In this document: piece by piece, positions 33,017 to 44,678 of the stretch
How the letters are laid out: each line of letters starts with the position of its first letter
Position numbering within the stretch: the stretch's first letter is position 1
NCBI GenBank assembly: GCA_937924335.1
Contig: CALDWW010000066.1
Coordinates: 1,317 to 65,316 of the forward strand
DNA length: 64,000 nucleotides
Source: an uncultured Gammaproteobacteria bacterium
GTDB lineage: Bacteria; Pseudomonadota; Gammaproteobacteria; Steroidobacterales; XN24
Reading direction: 5' to 3'
The notes under the pieces: generated by a model
The model's database searches: none
Seen by the model: only the letters and a program-made list of their open reading frames with translations
What the model was told of the DNA's origin: nothing
Position numbers and translations under genes: made by a program

Positions 33017-33794
33017 CTTTCCGTTTTCCTTTGTTGTCCGGTGCCGTCGGCAATCGCGACCCATTCCAGGCGATCGCGAATCCGCGGGTGTAGCGCATGT
33101 CCACATAGGCCGCCCGGTTCTCCCGGGAAGCGAGAATTGGTACTACGATCTGGAGGAACCGCTCGAAGCGCTCGTCCACGTTCTGCCGGCCGAGACGCAC
33201 CTCCATCCCGCCGCCGAGGGAGAGCCGCCATGCGCCGCGGTCATCCAGTCTTACACCGGTAAGCAGCTGACCGCGCTCCACCAGCGGGCCACGCATGTCC
33301 AGGTAGCGGCGCGCCACGGCGGTCTCGCTTCCGGCCGGGCCGGCCAGGGCCGGCAACTCCGCGTAGGCGTGCCGTGTCTCCGGCAGGAACAGCTGCCCGC
33401 GAGTGTTGAGCAGTCCCGATTCCTTCCAACGGGCCGCCGGAGTCTGCTCCGTGATGATGACCTGGAGTTCTCCCGGCCAGCGTCGCTGCACACGAGCCTC
33501 ATCGACCCACGGCAAGGCCTCGACCCGGGCGCGCAGCGAATCCAGGTCTGCCGACAGGAAGCCGATGCCCTGCAAATCGCCCAGTGATGCCTCTATCTGG
33601 ATCGGAGCCACTCTCTCGAATTCACCGGACAGGGTGACGGCCCGGATGGGGCGATCGAGCACGGTGGCCAGCACCCAGATTCCGGCGATCCCGGTTGCGG
33701 CCACTGCCACGGCGGTTGCGGCCCGCCGCAGGGTCCTCGCCGTGACCGGCAAGCGCATGGAGCGCTGCGGGCGCCGCCTGCGGTTACGCGCCAT
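33009..33794 (-). CDS. ftsQ: cell division protein FtsQ
   Basis: Basic N-terminus, a single TM segment (AVAVAATGIAGIWVLA), a POTRA-like region (IRAVTLSGEFERV), and its position between ddl and ftsA. Confidence 0.9.
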   Translation of the reverse strand: MARNRRRRPQRSMRLPVTARTLRRAATAVAVAATGIAGIWVLATVLDRPIRAVTLSGEFERVAPIQIEASLGDLQGIGFLSADLDSLRARVEALPWVDEARVQRRWPGELQVIITEQTPAARWKESGLLNTRGQLFLPETRHAYAELPALAGPAGSETAVARRYLDMRGPLVERGQLLTGVRLDDRGAWRLSLGGGMEVRLGRQNVDERFERFLQIVVPILASRENRAAYVDMRYTRGFAIAWNGSRLPTAPDNKGKRKDV

Positions 33795-34752
33795 CGCCAC
33801 CTCCTTCGCGATCTTCGAAGCTGGTCTCCAGGACTCGCCAGACCAGTTCTTCGAAGTCGATTCCGGCAGCCTTTGCTCCCATCGGGACCAGGCTGTGAGA
33901 CGTCATCCCGGGGACAGTGTTCACTTCGAGGAAACTCGGGGCGTCGTCATCGCCCATCAGGAAATCCACTCTCCCCCATCCTTCCGCGCCGACCGCATCG
34001 AAAGCCTCGAGAGCAGCCTGGCGGCAGTGACACTCCATATCCTCGGGGAGGCCTGACGGGCAGAAGTAACGGGTATCGTCAGAGAAGTATTTGGCCTCGT
34101 AGTCATAGAAGACCCGGGGCGTCTCGATCCGGATGATAGGCAGCGCCTCGGACTGCAGCACGGGGACAGAGTATTCGGCGCCATCGAGCCATTGTTCGAC
34201 CAGCACGCAGGGATCGTAGCGGACGGCTTCCGACCAGGCGGCCGCGAGGTCTGCTTCACTATCGACCCTCGTCATGCCGACGCTGGAGCCTTCTCCAGCC
34301 GGCTTGACCATCAACGGCAGACCGAGTCGCGCGACGATAGCGGCAGCGTCTTCGGGCGAGGCCATGATCTCGAATGCGGGGCTGGCCAGGCCCCAGGCGG
34401 CGAAAAGACGTTTGCTGCGTAATTTATCCATGCTGACGGCGGAACCAAGGACTCCGCTACCGGTGTAGGGCAGCCTCAGCACGTCAAGCAAACCCTGCAC
34501 GCTGCCGTCCTCACCCATCCCGCCATGGAGGGCAATCCATACCCGATCGCAGGCACGCTCCATGAGAACCGCGGGGATGTCCTCGCGCATGTCGATGCCC
34601 TGCGCATCCACGCCGCGTCTTTGCAGCGCCTCCAGCACGGCATGACCGGTCATGAGAGATATCTCTCGCTCGGCCGATACCCCTCCCATAAGCACTGCCA
34701 CCCGGCCGAACTCGGTGGCCTCATCGATCCGGATGCGGGCGCCGGCAGTCAT
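33784..34752 (-). CDS. ddl: D-alanine--D-alanine ligase
   Basis: RVAVLMGGVSAEREISL, ALHGGMGEDGSVQGLL and EVNTVPGMT. Confidence 0.95.
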   Translation of the reverse strand: MTAGARIRIDEATEFGRVAVLMGGVSAEREISLMTGHAVLEALQRRGVDAQGIDMREDIPAVLMERACDRVWIALHGGMGEDGSVQGLLDVLRLPYTGSGVLGSAVSMDKLRSKRLFAAWGLASPAFEIMASPEDAAAIVARLGLPLMVKPAGEGSSVGMTRVDSEADLAAAWSEAVRYDPCVLVEQWLDGAEYSVPVLQSEALPIIRIETPRVFYDYEAKYFSDDTRYFCPSGLPEDMECHCRQAALEAFDAVGAEGWGRVDFLMGDDDAPSFLEVNTVPGMTSHSLVPMGAKAAGIDFEELVWRVLETSFEDREGGGDGA

Positions 34753-35645
34753 GCGGACTCTCCCAGGATCCGGACTTCCGGATGGAGACGGACGCCATGT
34801 GCCTTGTCGACCGCCTCCCGGACGAACTCGATCAGTTGTTCGATGTCTGCCGCTGTTGCCCCGTCAGAGCTAATGATGAAATTGGCATGCTTCTCGGAGA
34901 CCTGGGCGCCACCTATGCGATGGCCCTTCAGGCCGGCCGATTCTATTAGGCGGGCTGCATGATCCCCGGGCGGATTCCTGAATACCGATCCGCAGCTCGG
35001 CAACCCGATCGGCTGGGTTGCTTTTCTACGGGCGAGCAAGGCCTTGATATCGTCCGCCGCCGCCCCGGCATCCGGCTGGAATATGAACTCGGCGGCCAGG
35101 AACCACTCTTCGTCCGGAGCCACGACGCTGCGGTATCCGACCTGGTATTCGTCCGGTCCCCGATGATGAACCTCACCGCGGCGATCCATGGTCTCGACCG
35201 AAGCGACATGTCTCCAGGTCTCACCTCCGAATGCACCGGCGTTCATCGCCAGCGCCCCCCCGACCGTGCCCGGGATACCGGCGAAGAATTCAGCGGAGCC
35301 CAGCCCCCAGCGGACACACCGCCGGGCGAGCTTGGCGCACGGCACGCCCGCTTCCGCGCGGACATGGCCGTTGTCCAGGCGTTCGAGTGATGACAGGACA
35401 CCGTGGGTAGCGATGACCGTGCCGCGGACACCACCGTCGCGGACCAGGAGGTTGCTGCCGAGACCGACCCAGTGGATAGGCTCATCCTCGGGCAGACTAC
35501 CGATGAACTGACCCAGGTCTTCGACGCTGGCCGGCACGTAATAGCGGTCGGCGGGACCACCCACGCGCCACGAGGTGTGGCGAGCCATCGACTCGCTCCG
35601 GCGCAACTCACCCACACTCGGGACGGAAGTCTCGTCAAGGATCAT
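34749..35645 (-). CDS. murB: UDP-N-acetylenolpyruvoylglucosamine reductase
   Basis: [22 protein letters not shown] and GSVFRNP. ATGA overlaps occur at both ends. Confidence 0.95.
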   Translation of the reverse strand: MILDETSVPSVGELRRSESMARHTSWRVGGPADRYYVPASVEDLGQFIGSLPEDEPIHWVGLGSNLLVRDGGVRGTVIATHGVLSSLERLDNGHVRAEAGVPCAKLARRCVRWGLGSAEFFAGIPGTVGGALAMNAGAFGGETWRHVASVETMDRRGEVHHRGPDEYQVGYRSVVAPDEEWFLAAEFIFQPDAGAAADDIKALLARRKATQPIGLPSCGSVFRNPPGDHAARLIESAGLKGHRIGGAQVSEKHANFIISSDGATAADIEQLIEFVREAVDKAHGVRLHPEVRILGESA

Positions 35646-37090
35646 GCGTCCCCCCCACCAAGGTGCGCGCTGATCTTCCCGACCAGACCGGAAGCGACGG
35701 CACCGATGCTCCCGGCGCCGCAGGTCACGAGCAGATCGCCCGGTCGCAACAGTCCGGCGACGACTTCAGGCAGGTCGTCCACCTCTTCCACGAACACCGG
35801 CTCGACCTGACCGCGCGATCGGATGGCACGCGCCAGGGCACGGCCATCGGCGCCGACGATCGGGTCCTCGCCCGCGGGATAAACCTCCGTCAACAACAAC
35901 ACGTCCACGCCAGCCAGGACACCGGCGAAGTCGTCCAGCAGGTCGCGCGTCCTGGTATAGCGGTGTGGCTGGAATGCCATCATGAGCCGGCGATCCGGCC
36001 AGCTGCCACGCAGGGCATCGATTGTTGCCGCAAGTTCTCGCGGATGGTGGCCGTAGTCATCGATGAGCACGGCTTTGCCGTCACCGAGGTCGATCTCACC
36101 CACCATCTGCATACGCCGGTCGATACCCTGGAATCCGCCCAGCGCGGCAGCCAGCGCTTCATCATCGAGCTCAAGCTCGTGGGCAACCGCCACGGCGGCC
36201 AGTGCATTCAGAGCGTTGTGCTGCCCGGCGAGATTAAGCTCAAGTGACAGCGGATCGTGGCCTTCCCTGGACACTGTCAGACGACAGCGTGGCCCGTCCT
36301 GCGAAAATTCGGTGCCGCGCACATCAGCGTCTTTCGAGAAACCATAGGTGAGTACGGGTCGCGAAACCCGATCGAGGATACTGCGTACGCCGGCATCATC
36401 GATACACAGCACGGCTAGTCCGTAGAAGGGCAGGTTGTGCAGAAACTCCACGAAGGCGTCATGCAGGCGGTTCACATCGCCCTCGTACGTATCCATGTGA
36501 TCGGTATCGATGTTGGTGACCACGGCGATTATCGGCTGCAGATGCATGAAAGATGCGTCGCTCTCGTCGGCCTCGGCGACGAGGTATCGCCCACTGCCAA
36601 GCCGGGCATTGCTGTCCGTGCTGGCCAGCCTCCCACCGATGACGAATGTCGGGTCCAGTCCGCCCTCGGCGAGGACGCTCGCGACCAGGCTGGTGGTCGT
36701 GGTCTTGCCGTGCGTCCCGGCCACGGCGATGCCGCTCCGGAAGCGCATCAATTCGGCCAGCATCTCGGCGCGCTGGACCACCGGCCTGCGTAGTTCGTGG
36801 GCGCGTTCGATCTCGACGTTGTTGGTGCTGACCGCGCTCGAGACCACGACGACGCTGGCATCGTCCACGAGACCGCCATCGTGACCGATGTGTATCTCGG
36901 CGCCGAGACGGGCAAGGCGCCTGGTCGCGGCACTCTCCCGCAGGTCGGAGCCTTGCACCTCGTAGCCGAGATTGATCAGAACTTCGGCGATGCCGGCCAT
37001 GCCGACGCCGCCGATACCGACGAAATGAATCCGCTGGATGCGGCGCATGCGATCGCTCACTGGCGCATCCTCCCCTGCGTGCCGAGGCAC
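35642..37090 (-). CDS. murC: UDP-N-acetylmuramate--L-alanine ligase
   Basis: [18 protein letters not shown] and [10 protein letters not shown]. The longest ORF starts with GTG at 37090 and overlaps murG by 34 nt. The ATG at 37048 ([11 protein letters not shown]) is the alternative start. Confidence 0.95.
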   Translation of the reverse strand: MPRHAGEDAPVSDRMRRIQRIHFVGIGGVGMAGIAEVLINLGYEVQGSDLRESAATRRLARLGAEIHIGHDGGLVDDASVVVVSSAVSTNNVEIERAHELRRPVVQRAEMLAELMRFRSGIAVAGTHGKTTTTSLVASVLAEGGLDPTFVIGGRLASTDSNARLGSGRYLVAEADESDASFMHLQPIIAVVTNIDTDHMDTYEGDVNRLHDAFVEFLHNLPFYGLAVLCIDDAGVRSILDRVSRPVLTYGFSKDADVRGTEFSQDGPRCRLTVSREGHDPLSLELNLAGQHNALNALAAVAVAHELELDDEALAAALGGFQGIDRRMQMVGEIDLGDGKAVLIDDYGHHPRELAATIDALRGSWPDRRLMMAFQPHRYTRTRDLLDDFAGVLAGVDVLLLTEVYPAGEDPIVGADGRALARAIRSRGQVEPVFVEEVDDLPEVVAGLLRPGDLLVTCGAGSIGAVASGLVGKISAHLGGGDA

Positions 37091-38148
37091 GCCTGAACGA
37101 TGTTGGCGAGTGCCTCGGGATGCGCCACGGAGCGGGCGGCAATCGCCATGGTCCGGCGCGCTTCCGCGTCCGCCAGCAAAGGCTCAAGGATGGCCGCGAG
37201 CGAATCGGGCGTGAGATCCCGCTCCTGTATGAGATGGGCTGCTCCTGCCAGCTGCAGATGCGCCGCGTTACGGGTCTGGTGATCGTCCACCGCCGCCGGG
37301 AACGGAATCAGGACAGAACCGAGCCCCGCTTCTGCCAGTTCTGAAACAGTGAGTGCGCCGGCGCGGCACACCGCGAGGTCGGCCCAGGCATAGGCGCCCG
37401 CCATGTCATCGATGAAGGTCCTGACATCGGCATGAACGCCGGCGGCCTTGTAGGCCTCTTCAGCGACATCGCGGGTCCTTTCCCCGGTCTGGTGCAGGAC
37501 CTCCGGGCGAATCTGATCCGGTAAGCTGGCGAGTGCCGCCGGCAGCACCTCGTTGATCTTCAGCGCGCCCTGGCTGCCGCCGAAGACCAGCAATCTGGGC
37601 CTGTCTCGCGGAATCGCCAGCCGCGTTGCCGGCGCCTCGATGGCCGAGATTTCGGGACGCACCGGGTTACCGACCGTGGCAGCCTCGACCTCCTCCGGAA
37701 AGGTGGATGGAAACGCCTGCAACACCTGCCCGGCCAGACGCGACAGCAGGCGGTTGGTCAACCCGGCGATAGCGTTCTGCTCATGGATGACAAGCCGTCT
37801 CCTGGTGAGCCAGGCTGCGATGCCACCCGGGCCGCTCACGAAGCCACCCATGCCCACCACGGTCCGCGGTCGCAGCCGGACCATGACGACCAATGACTGG
37901 ATCACCGCCCAGACGATCCTCACCGGGCCGAGCAGGCGGGTCATCAGACTCTTGCCCCGCAGGCCGCCGACGGAAACGAAGTTGACCGGTATGCCGGCAG
38001 GAGGAACCAGTCTCGCCTCCAGCCCGCGGTGAGTACCGAGCCACTCGACGGGCACCCCGGCATCCGTCAGTGCTCGGGCCACGGCCAGACCGGGGAAGAC
38101 GTGCCCCCCTGTTCCACCTGCCATGACGAGAACGGGCCGGTCGCTCAT
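37057..38148 (-). CDS. murG: undecaprenyl-PP-MurNAc-pentapeptide GlcNAc transferase
   Basis: [24 protein letters not shown] and GGSQGA. ATG at 38148 in an ATGA overlap with the ftsW stop. Confidence 0.95.
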   Translation of the reverse strand: MSDRPVLVMAGGTGGHVFPGLAVARALTDAGVPVEWLGTHRGLEARLVPPAGIPVNFVSVGGLRGKSLMTRLLGPVRIVWAVIQSLVVMVRLRPRTVVGMGGFVSGPGGIAAWLTRRRLVIHEQNAIAGLTNRLLSRLAGQVLQAFPSTFPEEVEAATVGNPVRPEISAIEAPATRLAIPRDRPRLLVFGGSQGALKINEVLPAALASLPDQIRPEVLHQTGERTRDVAEEAYKAAGVHADVRTFIDDMAGAYAWADLAVCRAGALTVSELAEAGLGSVLIPFPAAVDDHQTRNAAHLQLAGAAHLIQERDLTPDSLAAILEPLLADAEARRTMAIAARSVAHPEALANIVQACLGTQGRMRQ

Positions 38149-39326
38149 GAGCGCGCCCCTCCACGTCTGGAGGCGGGGCGATTGGTGGCTCGGCGACACT
38201 CCAGGTCAGCGCGCAGGATGATACCTATCGCCGCACAGCAGATGATCAGCGAACTGCCGCCGAAGCTCATCAGAGGCAGCGTCAGTCCCTTGGTCGGCAG
38301 CAGCCCCATGTTGACCCCGATGTTGACCAGCGCCTGCGCCCCCAGCCAGGCGCCGAGGCCGAATGTCAGGCAGGCGGAGAAAAGTTGCCCGGCACGCGCG
38401 CAGCGGACCGCGACCCCAAGCGTCCGGACGAGCAGCAGACCATAGAGACTGACCAGGAGGATCACACCCAGCAGGCCGAACTCTTCGGCGAAAACAGCGA
38501 ATACGAAGTCGGTGTGGGCTTCCGGGAGATAGAAGAGTTTCTGCACACTGCCGCCCAGCCCCACCCCGGTCCACTCACCGCGGCCGATAGCGATCAGTGA
38601 CTGCGTGAGCTGAAAGCCGGAGTCGTACGGGTCGGCCCATGGATCGAGGAAACCCGTAAGGCGGCGAAGTCGGTATGGGGAGGTGATCGCCAATAGCGCG
38701 AATCCTGCGATGATCGGGGCCAGGACCGCGAAGAAGTAACGCAGCCGCACGCCGCCGGCGAACAGGACAGCCATTGCCGTTGCCATGAGGACCGTCGCAG
38801 CCCCGAAATCGGGCTCCAGAAGCAACAACGCGCAGGCAGCCAGGACAAGACCCATCGGCTTGAAGAACCCTGCGGCAGAGGACGACAACTCATTCGCGCG
38901 CCGCGACACGTAACCGGCGACGAACATCAGGATCAGCAGCCGCGCCGGCTCGGAGACCTGCAGGTTTACCGGGCCGATGGGTAGCCAGCGAGTACTGCCG
39001 TTAACCTCTCTCCCGACTCCCGGGATCAACACGGATATCAGAAGGAGATAGGCAAAGATCAGCAGCAGGAAACTCGACCGCTCCCAGACATCCAGCGGGA
39101 TCGACAGGCAGATCAGACCGGCGGTCAGGCCGATGCCGAGATAGAGTGACTGGCGCAGCAGATAGTAAAGCGGCTCGCCCATGTCGCGGTCCGCCGACGT
39201 CATGGATGCAGACGCAACCATGACCAGGCCGAGCGCCACCAGGCTCACGGCGCACAACAACAACAACCGGTCCAGATCCTGCAGGGGACCTGCCACCGGC
39301 CAGCGTTGCGCGCGGACGCCGCTCAT
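38145..39326 (-). CDS. ftsW: peptidoglycan glycosyltransferase FtsW (SEDS)
   Basis: Polytopic SEDS protein; QPSE-like LQVSEPARL, and LPEAHTDFVFAV. Confidence 0.95.
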   Translation of the reverse strand: MSGVRAQRWPVAGPLQDLDRLLLLCAVSLVALGLVMVASASMTSADRDMGEPLYYLLRQSLYLGIGLTAGLICLSIPLDVWERSSFLLLIFAYLLLISVLIPGVGREVNGSTRWLPIGPVNLQVSEPARLLILMFVAGYVSRRANELSSSAAGFFKPMGLVLAACALLLLEPDFGAATVLMATAMAVLFAGGVRLRYFFAVLAPIIAGFALLAITSPYRLRRLTGFLDPWADPYDSGFQLTQSLIAIGRGEWTGVGLGGSVQKLFYLPEAHTDFVFAVFAEEFGLLGVILLVSLYGLLLVRTLGVAVRCARAGQLFSACLTFGLGAWLGAQALVNIGVNMGLLPTKGLTLPLMSFGGSSLIICCAAIGIILRADLECRRATNRPASRRGGARS

Positions 39327-40708
39327 GCGTCGAGCTCCTGTACTGCTCGCCGGAACGCCTCGCCCCGGGCGGCGAAGTTTTCGAACATGTCCAGGCTCGA
39401 GCAGGCCGGCGACAACAGCACCGTGTCACCCGGCTTGGCGATCCTGCCGGCCGCTTCGACGGCGTCCGCCATCGAAGCCACGACCTGGACCGGTGCGACG
39501 CCTTCAAGCACCTCGGCCAGCTTCGGGGCGTCCTTGCCGAGCAGCACGACGCCCCGGACCCGAGCGCGGAGCGCCGTCGCCAGTGGCGCGAAATCGGCGC
39601 CCTTGCCGTCTCCCCCGGCGATCAGGACGAGACGATCTCCGAGACCGCGGACGGCCGCGATCGCCGCACCGACGTTGGTGGCTTTCGAGTCGTTGATCCA
39701 GCTCACGCCGCCCGCCTTGGAGATAACCTGAGTGCGATGGGGCAACCCGCGAAATGCTCGCAATGCGGCCCGCATCTGATCCGCTGGAAGCCCAAGGCCA
39801 TCGCCGATGGCCAGGGCGGCAAGCGCATTGAGCACGTTGTGGGCGCCGGGCACGCCGAGTTCGCCGACCGGCAAGAAGGGATCATCTCCCCTTGCCAGCC
39901 ACTGGCAGCCGTCACGCTCGATGACGCCATAGTCGTTCCCGGAACCCGGGTCCCGGCCGAAAGTCACGACGTTGTCGCAGCCGGCCACCATGTCCATCAC
40001 CTGCGGATCTTCGCGGTTCGCGACACGCAGTCCGGCCTTATGGAATATCTTGGCCTTGGCCGCCGCATAGTCAGCCAGCGTTCCATGGCGGTCGATGTGG
40101 TCGACGGACACATTGAGCACCGCGGCCACCGCGGGAGACAGGCTCTCGGTCAGTTCCAGCTGGAAGCTGGACAGTTCGAGCAGATAGGCCTCCGCCGGCA
40201 TCTGCAGCAGATCGAGCGCCGGGGTGCCGAGATTGCCACCGGCGGGCATCTGGCGCCCCGCCCGCAAGGCCATATCCGCCACCATCGTCGTCACCGTGCT
40301 CTTGCCGTTCGATCCGGTGATGGCCGCAACAGGGCGGTCCGCCACGCGGGCGAACAATTCGATGTCGCCGATCACATCAATGCCCTGGCGGCGCGCCTCG
40401 GCGATGACGGTAATGTCGGTCGACAATCCGGGCGAGACCACCAGCTGAACGGTCGCCGGCGGGAGCCGGACGTCCAGCGTTCCAACCCACACCTCCACAC
40501 CGGGGCACCCCAGTCGCAATGCGTCGAGCCCGGGTGGTCGCTCACGGCTATCCACGATCAGCACTTTGTGGCCCCGCGCCGTCAGATAGCGGGCGCATGA
40601 CAGACCGGTCACACCCAGACCAAGCACAACGGACAGACCGGCCGCATCGAATCGATCGGTGTTTTCGCTTGTGGTTGGCGAATTCTTCACTGTCGGCTCT
40701 GCGATCAT
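39323..40708 (-). CDS. murD: UDP-MurNAc-L-Ala--D-Glu ligase
   Basis: [16 protein letters not shown] and TGSNGKSTV. The true start is the ATG at 40708 (MIAEPTV), in an ATGA overlap with the mraY stop. The 724-aa ORF in the track is an upstream read-through artefact. Confidence 0.95.
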   Translation of the reverse strand: MIAEPTVKNSPTTSENTDRFDAAGLSVVLGLGVTGLSCARYLTARGHKVLIVDSRERPPGLDALRLGCPGVEVWVGTLDVRLPPATVQLVVSPGLSTDITVIAEARRQGIDVIGDIELFARVADRPVAAITGSNGKSTVTTMVADMALRAGRQMPAGGNLGTPALDLLQMPAEAYLLELSSFQLELTESLSPAVAAVLNVSVDHIDRHGTLADYAAAKAKIFHKAGLRVANREDPQVMDMVAGCDNVVTFGRDPGSGNDYGVIERDGCQWLARGDDPFLPVGELGVPGAHNVLNALAALAIGDGLGLPADQMRAALRAFRGLPHRTQVISKAGGVSWINDSKATNVGAAIAAVRGLGDRLVLIAGGDGKGADFAPLATALRARVRGVVLLGKDAPKLAEVLEGVAPVQVVASMADAVEAAGRIAKPGDTVLLSPACSSLDMFENFAARGEAFRRAVQELDA

Positions 40709-41790
40709 CGAATCTTCAAGGTGGCAAGGCCGAACAGGACAAGGATCACGGTGATGATCCAGAAGCGCACGATGACTTTCGGCTCTGCCCATCCTTTCAG
40801 CTCGAAGTGGTGATGCAGCGGCGCCATTCTGAAGATCCGTTTCCCGGTCAACCGGAATGAAGCCACCTGGAGAATCACGGAGACGGTCTCGATGACGAAG
40901 ACGCCGGCCATCATGAAGAACACGATTTCCTGGCGGACGATGACGGCGACAGTCCCCAGGGCTGCGCCAAGAGCCAGCGCGCCGACGTCGCCCATGAACA
41001 CCTGGGCCGGATATGTGTTGAACCAGAGGAATCCCAGGCCGGCGCCGACCATGGCAGCGCAGAACACGAGGATCTCCCCGGTACCGGCGATATAGGGGAT
41101 GCTCAGGTAGTCCGCGAAATTCACGTTGCCCGTGGCGTAGGCGAAGATCCCGAGCGCCCCACCCACCAGCACAGTAGGCATGATAGCCAGGCCGTCGAGC
41201 CCGTCCGTCAGATTGACGGCGTTGCTGGAGCCGACGATCACGAAGTAGGCCAGGACGACATAGAAACCGCCCAGAGGGATCATGACGTCTTTGAAGAAAG
41301 GCACCAGCAGGGAGGTCTCGACAGGATGATCCCCGGCGCCTGAATACAGGATGACGGCGGCAACCAGACCGACCGCCGACTGCCAGAAATACTTCCATCG
41401 GGCCGGGAGTCCACGGCTGTCCTGAAGGACCAGCTTGCGATAGTCGTCGACGAACCCGATCAGGCCGAACGCCAGCGTCACCAGCATCACGATCCACACG
41501 AATCGATTGCCCGGCTGAGCCCAGAGCAATGTACTGATCAGGATGGCGACAAGGATCAAGGTGCCGCCCATGGTCGGCGTCCCCGCCTTTGGCAGATGGG
41601 ACTCCGGGCCGAAGTCACGGACCGTCTGGCCAATCTGGTGGAAGCTCAGACGCCGGATCATCCACGGCCCGACCAGCAGAGAGATCAGCAGCGCCGTCAG
41701 CGCCCCGAGGATGGCGCGCATCGTCAGATAGCTGAAGACATTGAATCCGGACTCGAAGCGTGTCAGGAACTCAGTCAGGTAGAGCAACAT
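40705..41790 (-). CDS. mraY: phospho-MurNAc-pentapeptide translocase
   Basis: MLLYLTEFL..., [18 protein letters not shown] and HHHFEL. Confidence 0.98.
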   Translation of the reverse strand: MLLYLTEFLTRFESGFNVFSYLTMRAILGALTALLISLLVGPWMIRRLSFHQIGQTVRDFGPESHLPKAGTPTMGGTLILVAILISTLLWAQPGNRFVWIVMLVTLAFGLIGFVDDYRKLVLQDSRGLPARWKYFWQSAVGLVAAVILYSGAGDHPVETSLLVPFFKDVMIPLGGFYVVLAYFVIVGSSNAVNLTDGLDGLAIMPTVLVGGALGIFAYATGNVNFADYLSIPYIAGTGEILVFCAAMVGAGLGFLWFNTYPAQVFMGDVGALALGAALGTVAVIVRQEIVFFMMAGVFVIETVSVILQVASFRLTGKRIFRMAPLHHHFELKGWAEPKVIVRFWIITVILVLFGLATLKIR

Positions 41791-41793
41791 CGC

Positions 41794-43179
41794 CTATCGC
41801 CCCCCTTCCGCTGCTCTGGGGTCCTCGGCAGGCGCCGTCAGACCTGCCACGACCCGCTCCATGCCCATAGAGCGGGACCCCTTGACCAACACGTTCACGT
41901 CGTCGGAAAGCCGCGGCCTTACGGCATCAATCAGGCTCGCGATGTCGCTGAAACTCTCCGCGCCCGTGCCAAAGTGGTCGGCCAGCACCCGGCCGAGACG
42001 TCCGACCACGAACAGCTTCTCAACGCCAACGGAACGGGCGTAGTCACCGACTTCCGCATGCAGTTCATGTGACTGCTCGCCGAGTTCGCCCATGTCGCCG
42101 AGAATCGCCCATGGCAGCCCCTCGAGACCGGTGAGAAAGTCCAGTGCAGCGCGCATCGACCCCGGGTTGGCATTGTAGGTATCGTCGATCACCCTGCAGT
42201 TGGCGGCACCACGCAGCAGCGCCATGCGACCGTCGACCGCAGACATGCACCGCAGGCCCTTGCGGACGTCATCCAACGATGCACCGGCCGCGATCGCGGC
42301 GGCTGCCGCCGCCAGGGCGTTAGTCACGTTGTGTCGCCCCGCCAGCGTGAGATTGATCGGCACCTCACCATCAGGGCTCATCAGCGTGAAGTGAATCTGC
42401 GGGTCATCGTCCACCCGCTCAGTGATGTTCCTGGCGGTGAAGTCTGCGCCGGGACCGAAACCGAAAGTCAGGACCTTGCGTCCACCCGCGAGGCGTCGCC
42501 ACAGCCCGGCGTAACAGTCGTCCACGTTGATGACGGCGACGCCGTCCTCCGGCAGAGACTCGAAGAGTTCACCCTTGGCGCGCGCCACGGCCTCGATCGA
42601 TCCGAATCCCTCCAGATGAGCGGCGCCGGCCAGGGTCACAACACCTATGGTCGGCTGGGCGATGATCGCCAGACGACGGATCTCGTCGGCGTGGTTGGCC
42701 CCCATCTCGACAACTGCCGCACGATAGCGTCCGGAGAGACCGAAGATCGTCAACGGGACGCCAATCTCGTTGTTCAGATTTCCGCGCGTCACCAGCGCCG
42801 GACCGCGCGTGCCCAGGATCGCGGCAATCATCTCCTTCACGGTCGTCTTACCGGCGCTTCCTGTCACTCCGACGACGTCCAGTTCGAATCGACTGCGCCA
42901 GTCCCTGGCAAGCTCCCCGAGTGCCCGCAGCGTGTCCGGCACACGGATACAGGGCAGTCCATCGAACTCCTGCGCGGACACGACCGCCCCCGCCGCCCCC
43001 TGCTCGGCCGCGACCGAGACATACTCGTGGCCGTCGAATCTGGGCCCCTTGAGTGCGACGAACAGCTGGCCCGCCTCGACCTGGCGTGTATCGGTGCAGA
43101 CACCGAGATAGGACCGGTCTTCGCCGGCCAGTTCGCCGCGCAGAATGACGGCAGCTTCCCGTAGTGAGCCGCTGATCAT
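41794..43179 (-). CDS. murF: UDP-MurNAc-tripeptide--D-Ala-D-Ala ligase
   Basis: VTGSAGKTTVKEM, and its dcw position between murE and mraY. Confidence 0.95.
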   Translation of the reverse strand: MISGSLREAAVILRGELAGEDRSYLGVCTDTRQVEAGQLFVALKGPRFDGHEYVSVAAEQGAAGAVVSAQEFDGLPCIRVPDTLRALGELARDWRSRFELDVVGVTGSAGKTTVKEMIAAILGTRGPALVTRGNLNNEIGVPLTIFGLSGRYRAAVVEMGANHADEIRRLAIIAQPTIGVVTLAGAAHLEGFGSIEAVARAKGELFESLPEDGVAVINVDDCYAGLWRRLAGGRKVLTFGFGPGADFTARNITERVDDDPQIHFTLMSPDGEVPINLTLAGRHNVTNALAAAAAAIAAGASLDDVRKGLRCMSAVDGRMALLRGAANCRVIDDTYNANPGSMRAALDFLTGLEGLPWAILGDMGELGEQSHELHAEVGDYARSVGVEKLFVVGRLGRVLADHFGTGAESFSDIASLIDAVRPRLSDDVNVLVKGSRSMGMERVVAGLTAPAEDPRAAEGGR

Positions 43180-44678
43180 GGCTGCGCTCCGACGAGTTCC
43201 GTAGCGACATCGCGGTCGCTGAACGGGCGGCGCTGCCCGCCCACGACCTGGTAGTCCTCGTGTCCCTTGCCGGCGACGAGCACGACGTCCCGGGGGCTGG
43301 CCTGTTCGTAGGCGGCCAGGATGGCGGAGCGCCGGTCTCGCAGTACATGCGGGCGTCGGCTCATGCCCGCAACGATGTCCCGGATAATCCCGTCGCCGTC
43401 TTCGGTCCGCGGATTGTCGTCGGTGAGAATGACGAGATCAGAAGCCTGTTCGGCGATAGCTCCCATCTCCGGCCGCTTGCCCCGGTCGCGGTCGCCGCCG
43501 CAGCCGAACACGGTAATGACGCGACCCTTACGATGGGAACGGAGCGCGGCGATCGACTTGGCAAGCGCATCCGGAGTATGGGCGAAATCGACGACGATAG
43601 TCGGGGCCCGGTCCGAACTGCGGAACATCTCCATCCGGCCAGGAGGCGCGTGCGCGGCAGACAGGGCTTTGCGCGCTTCATCCGGCTCGGCTGCCAGGGT
43701 GAGCAGCATCGCCAGCGTCAGGGCCAGATTTTCGGCGTTGAACTCACCCAGAAGCGGCGACTTCAGGGTGACCTGGCCCCAATCTCCGTCGAGATGGAGA
43801 AGGATGCCTTGCGGCGTGAACTCAATCTCGTCAATGACGAGATTTCGATCAGCAGACGGCGCGGCCGCCGCGCCCACCGCTACGGTCTTCGTGTCGCGAT
43901 CAGCAGCCCGCAGCATCGCGACGCCGAACGGATCGTCGGTGTTCGCGATCGCCCACTCCAGGCCGGAGACCTCAAACAGGGAACGCTTGGCATTGCCGTA
44001 GGCTTCCATGCTGGGGTGGTAGTCGAGGTGTTCACGACTCAGGTTCGTGAATGCGGCGATCCGAAATCGCACGCCGTCTGCCCGGTGCTGGACGAGCGCG
44101 TGGGACGAGATCTCGACAGCGGCGCCAGTAGCGCCGCTGTCGGCCAGCATCGACAACCTGCGATGAGTCTCGATCGCATCAGCCGTCGTCAGTCGGGCGG
44201 GCGTCAGCGACTCCGGAAACCCGCTGCCCAGCGTGCCCAGGTAACCGGCCGGCCGGCCGAGGCGGCAGAGCGAAGACGCCAGAAGATACGCGCAGGTCGT
44301 CTTGCCGTTGGTGCCGGTGATGCCGACGACGTCCATCTGCCGTGACGGCTGACCGAAGAATCGGTCAGCGATGTCTCCCAATCTGCGACCCAGGCCCGGG
44401 ACGGGGAAGCACACGGCGGGTGGCGCAATCAATGGTGCGGTAAACCCGTCAGCCGGCTCCCACGCGACCGCCACCGCTCCCGCCGCTACGGCCTCCTGCA
44501 GGAATTCGAGGCCGTGACGCTCAGCGCCTGCGACGGCCAGGAAAAGCGAGCCGCTGCTGACCTCACGGCTGTCGATAGTGATGTCTGCGATCTCCATGTG
44601 GCGGGCGCGCTCGGGCGCGTCGTGCCCGAACAGATCGCCGATGGTGGGTCGCTGAGACTGGGTGGTCGCGGCCATCAT
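43176..44678 (-). CDS. murE: UDP-MurNAc-L-Ala-D-Glu--meso-DAP ligase
   Basis: ITGTNGKTT and the DNPR motif (LTDDNPRTED). Confidence 0.95.
   Translation of the reverse strand: MMAATTQSQRPTIGDLFGHDAPERARHMEIADITIDSREVSSGSLFLAVAGAERHGLEFLQEAVAAGAVAVAWEPADGFTAPLIAPPAVCFPVPGLGRRLGDIADRFFGQPSRQMDVVGITGTNGKTTCAYLLASSLCRLGRPAGYLGTLGSGFPESLTPARLTTADAIETHRRLSMLADSGATGAAVEISSHALVQHRADGVRFRIAAFTNLSREHLDYHPSMEAYGNAKRSLFEVSGLEWAIANTDDPFGVAMLRAADRDTKTVAVGAAAAPSADRNLVIDEIEFTPQGILLHLDGDWGQVTLKSPLLGEFNAENLALTLAMLLTLAAEPDEARKALSAAHAPPGRMEMFRSSDRAPTIVVDFAHTPDALAKSIAALRSHRKGRVITVFGCGGDRDRGKRPEMGAIAEQASDLVILTDDNPRTEDGDGIIRDIVAGMSRRPHVLRDRRSAILAAYEQASPRDVVLVAGKGHEDYQVVGGQRRPFSDRDVATELVGAQP

Noticed and set aside
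40709-41497. Upstream 263 codons of the 724-aa ORF that contains murD.
   Set aside because: This part runs through mraY in another frame and is R/G/P-rich. MurD motifs begin right after the ATG at 40708, which forms an ATGA overlap with the mraY stop.
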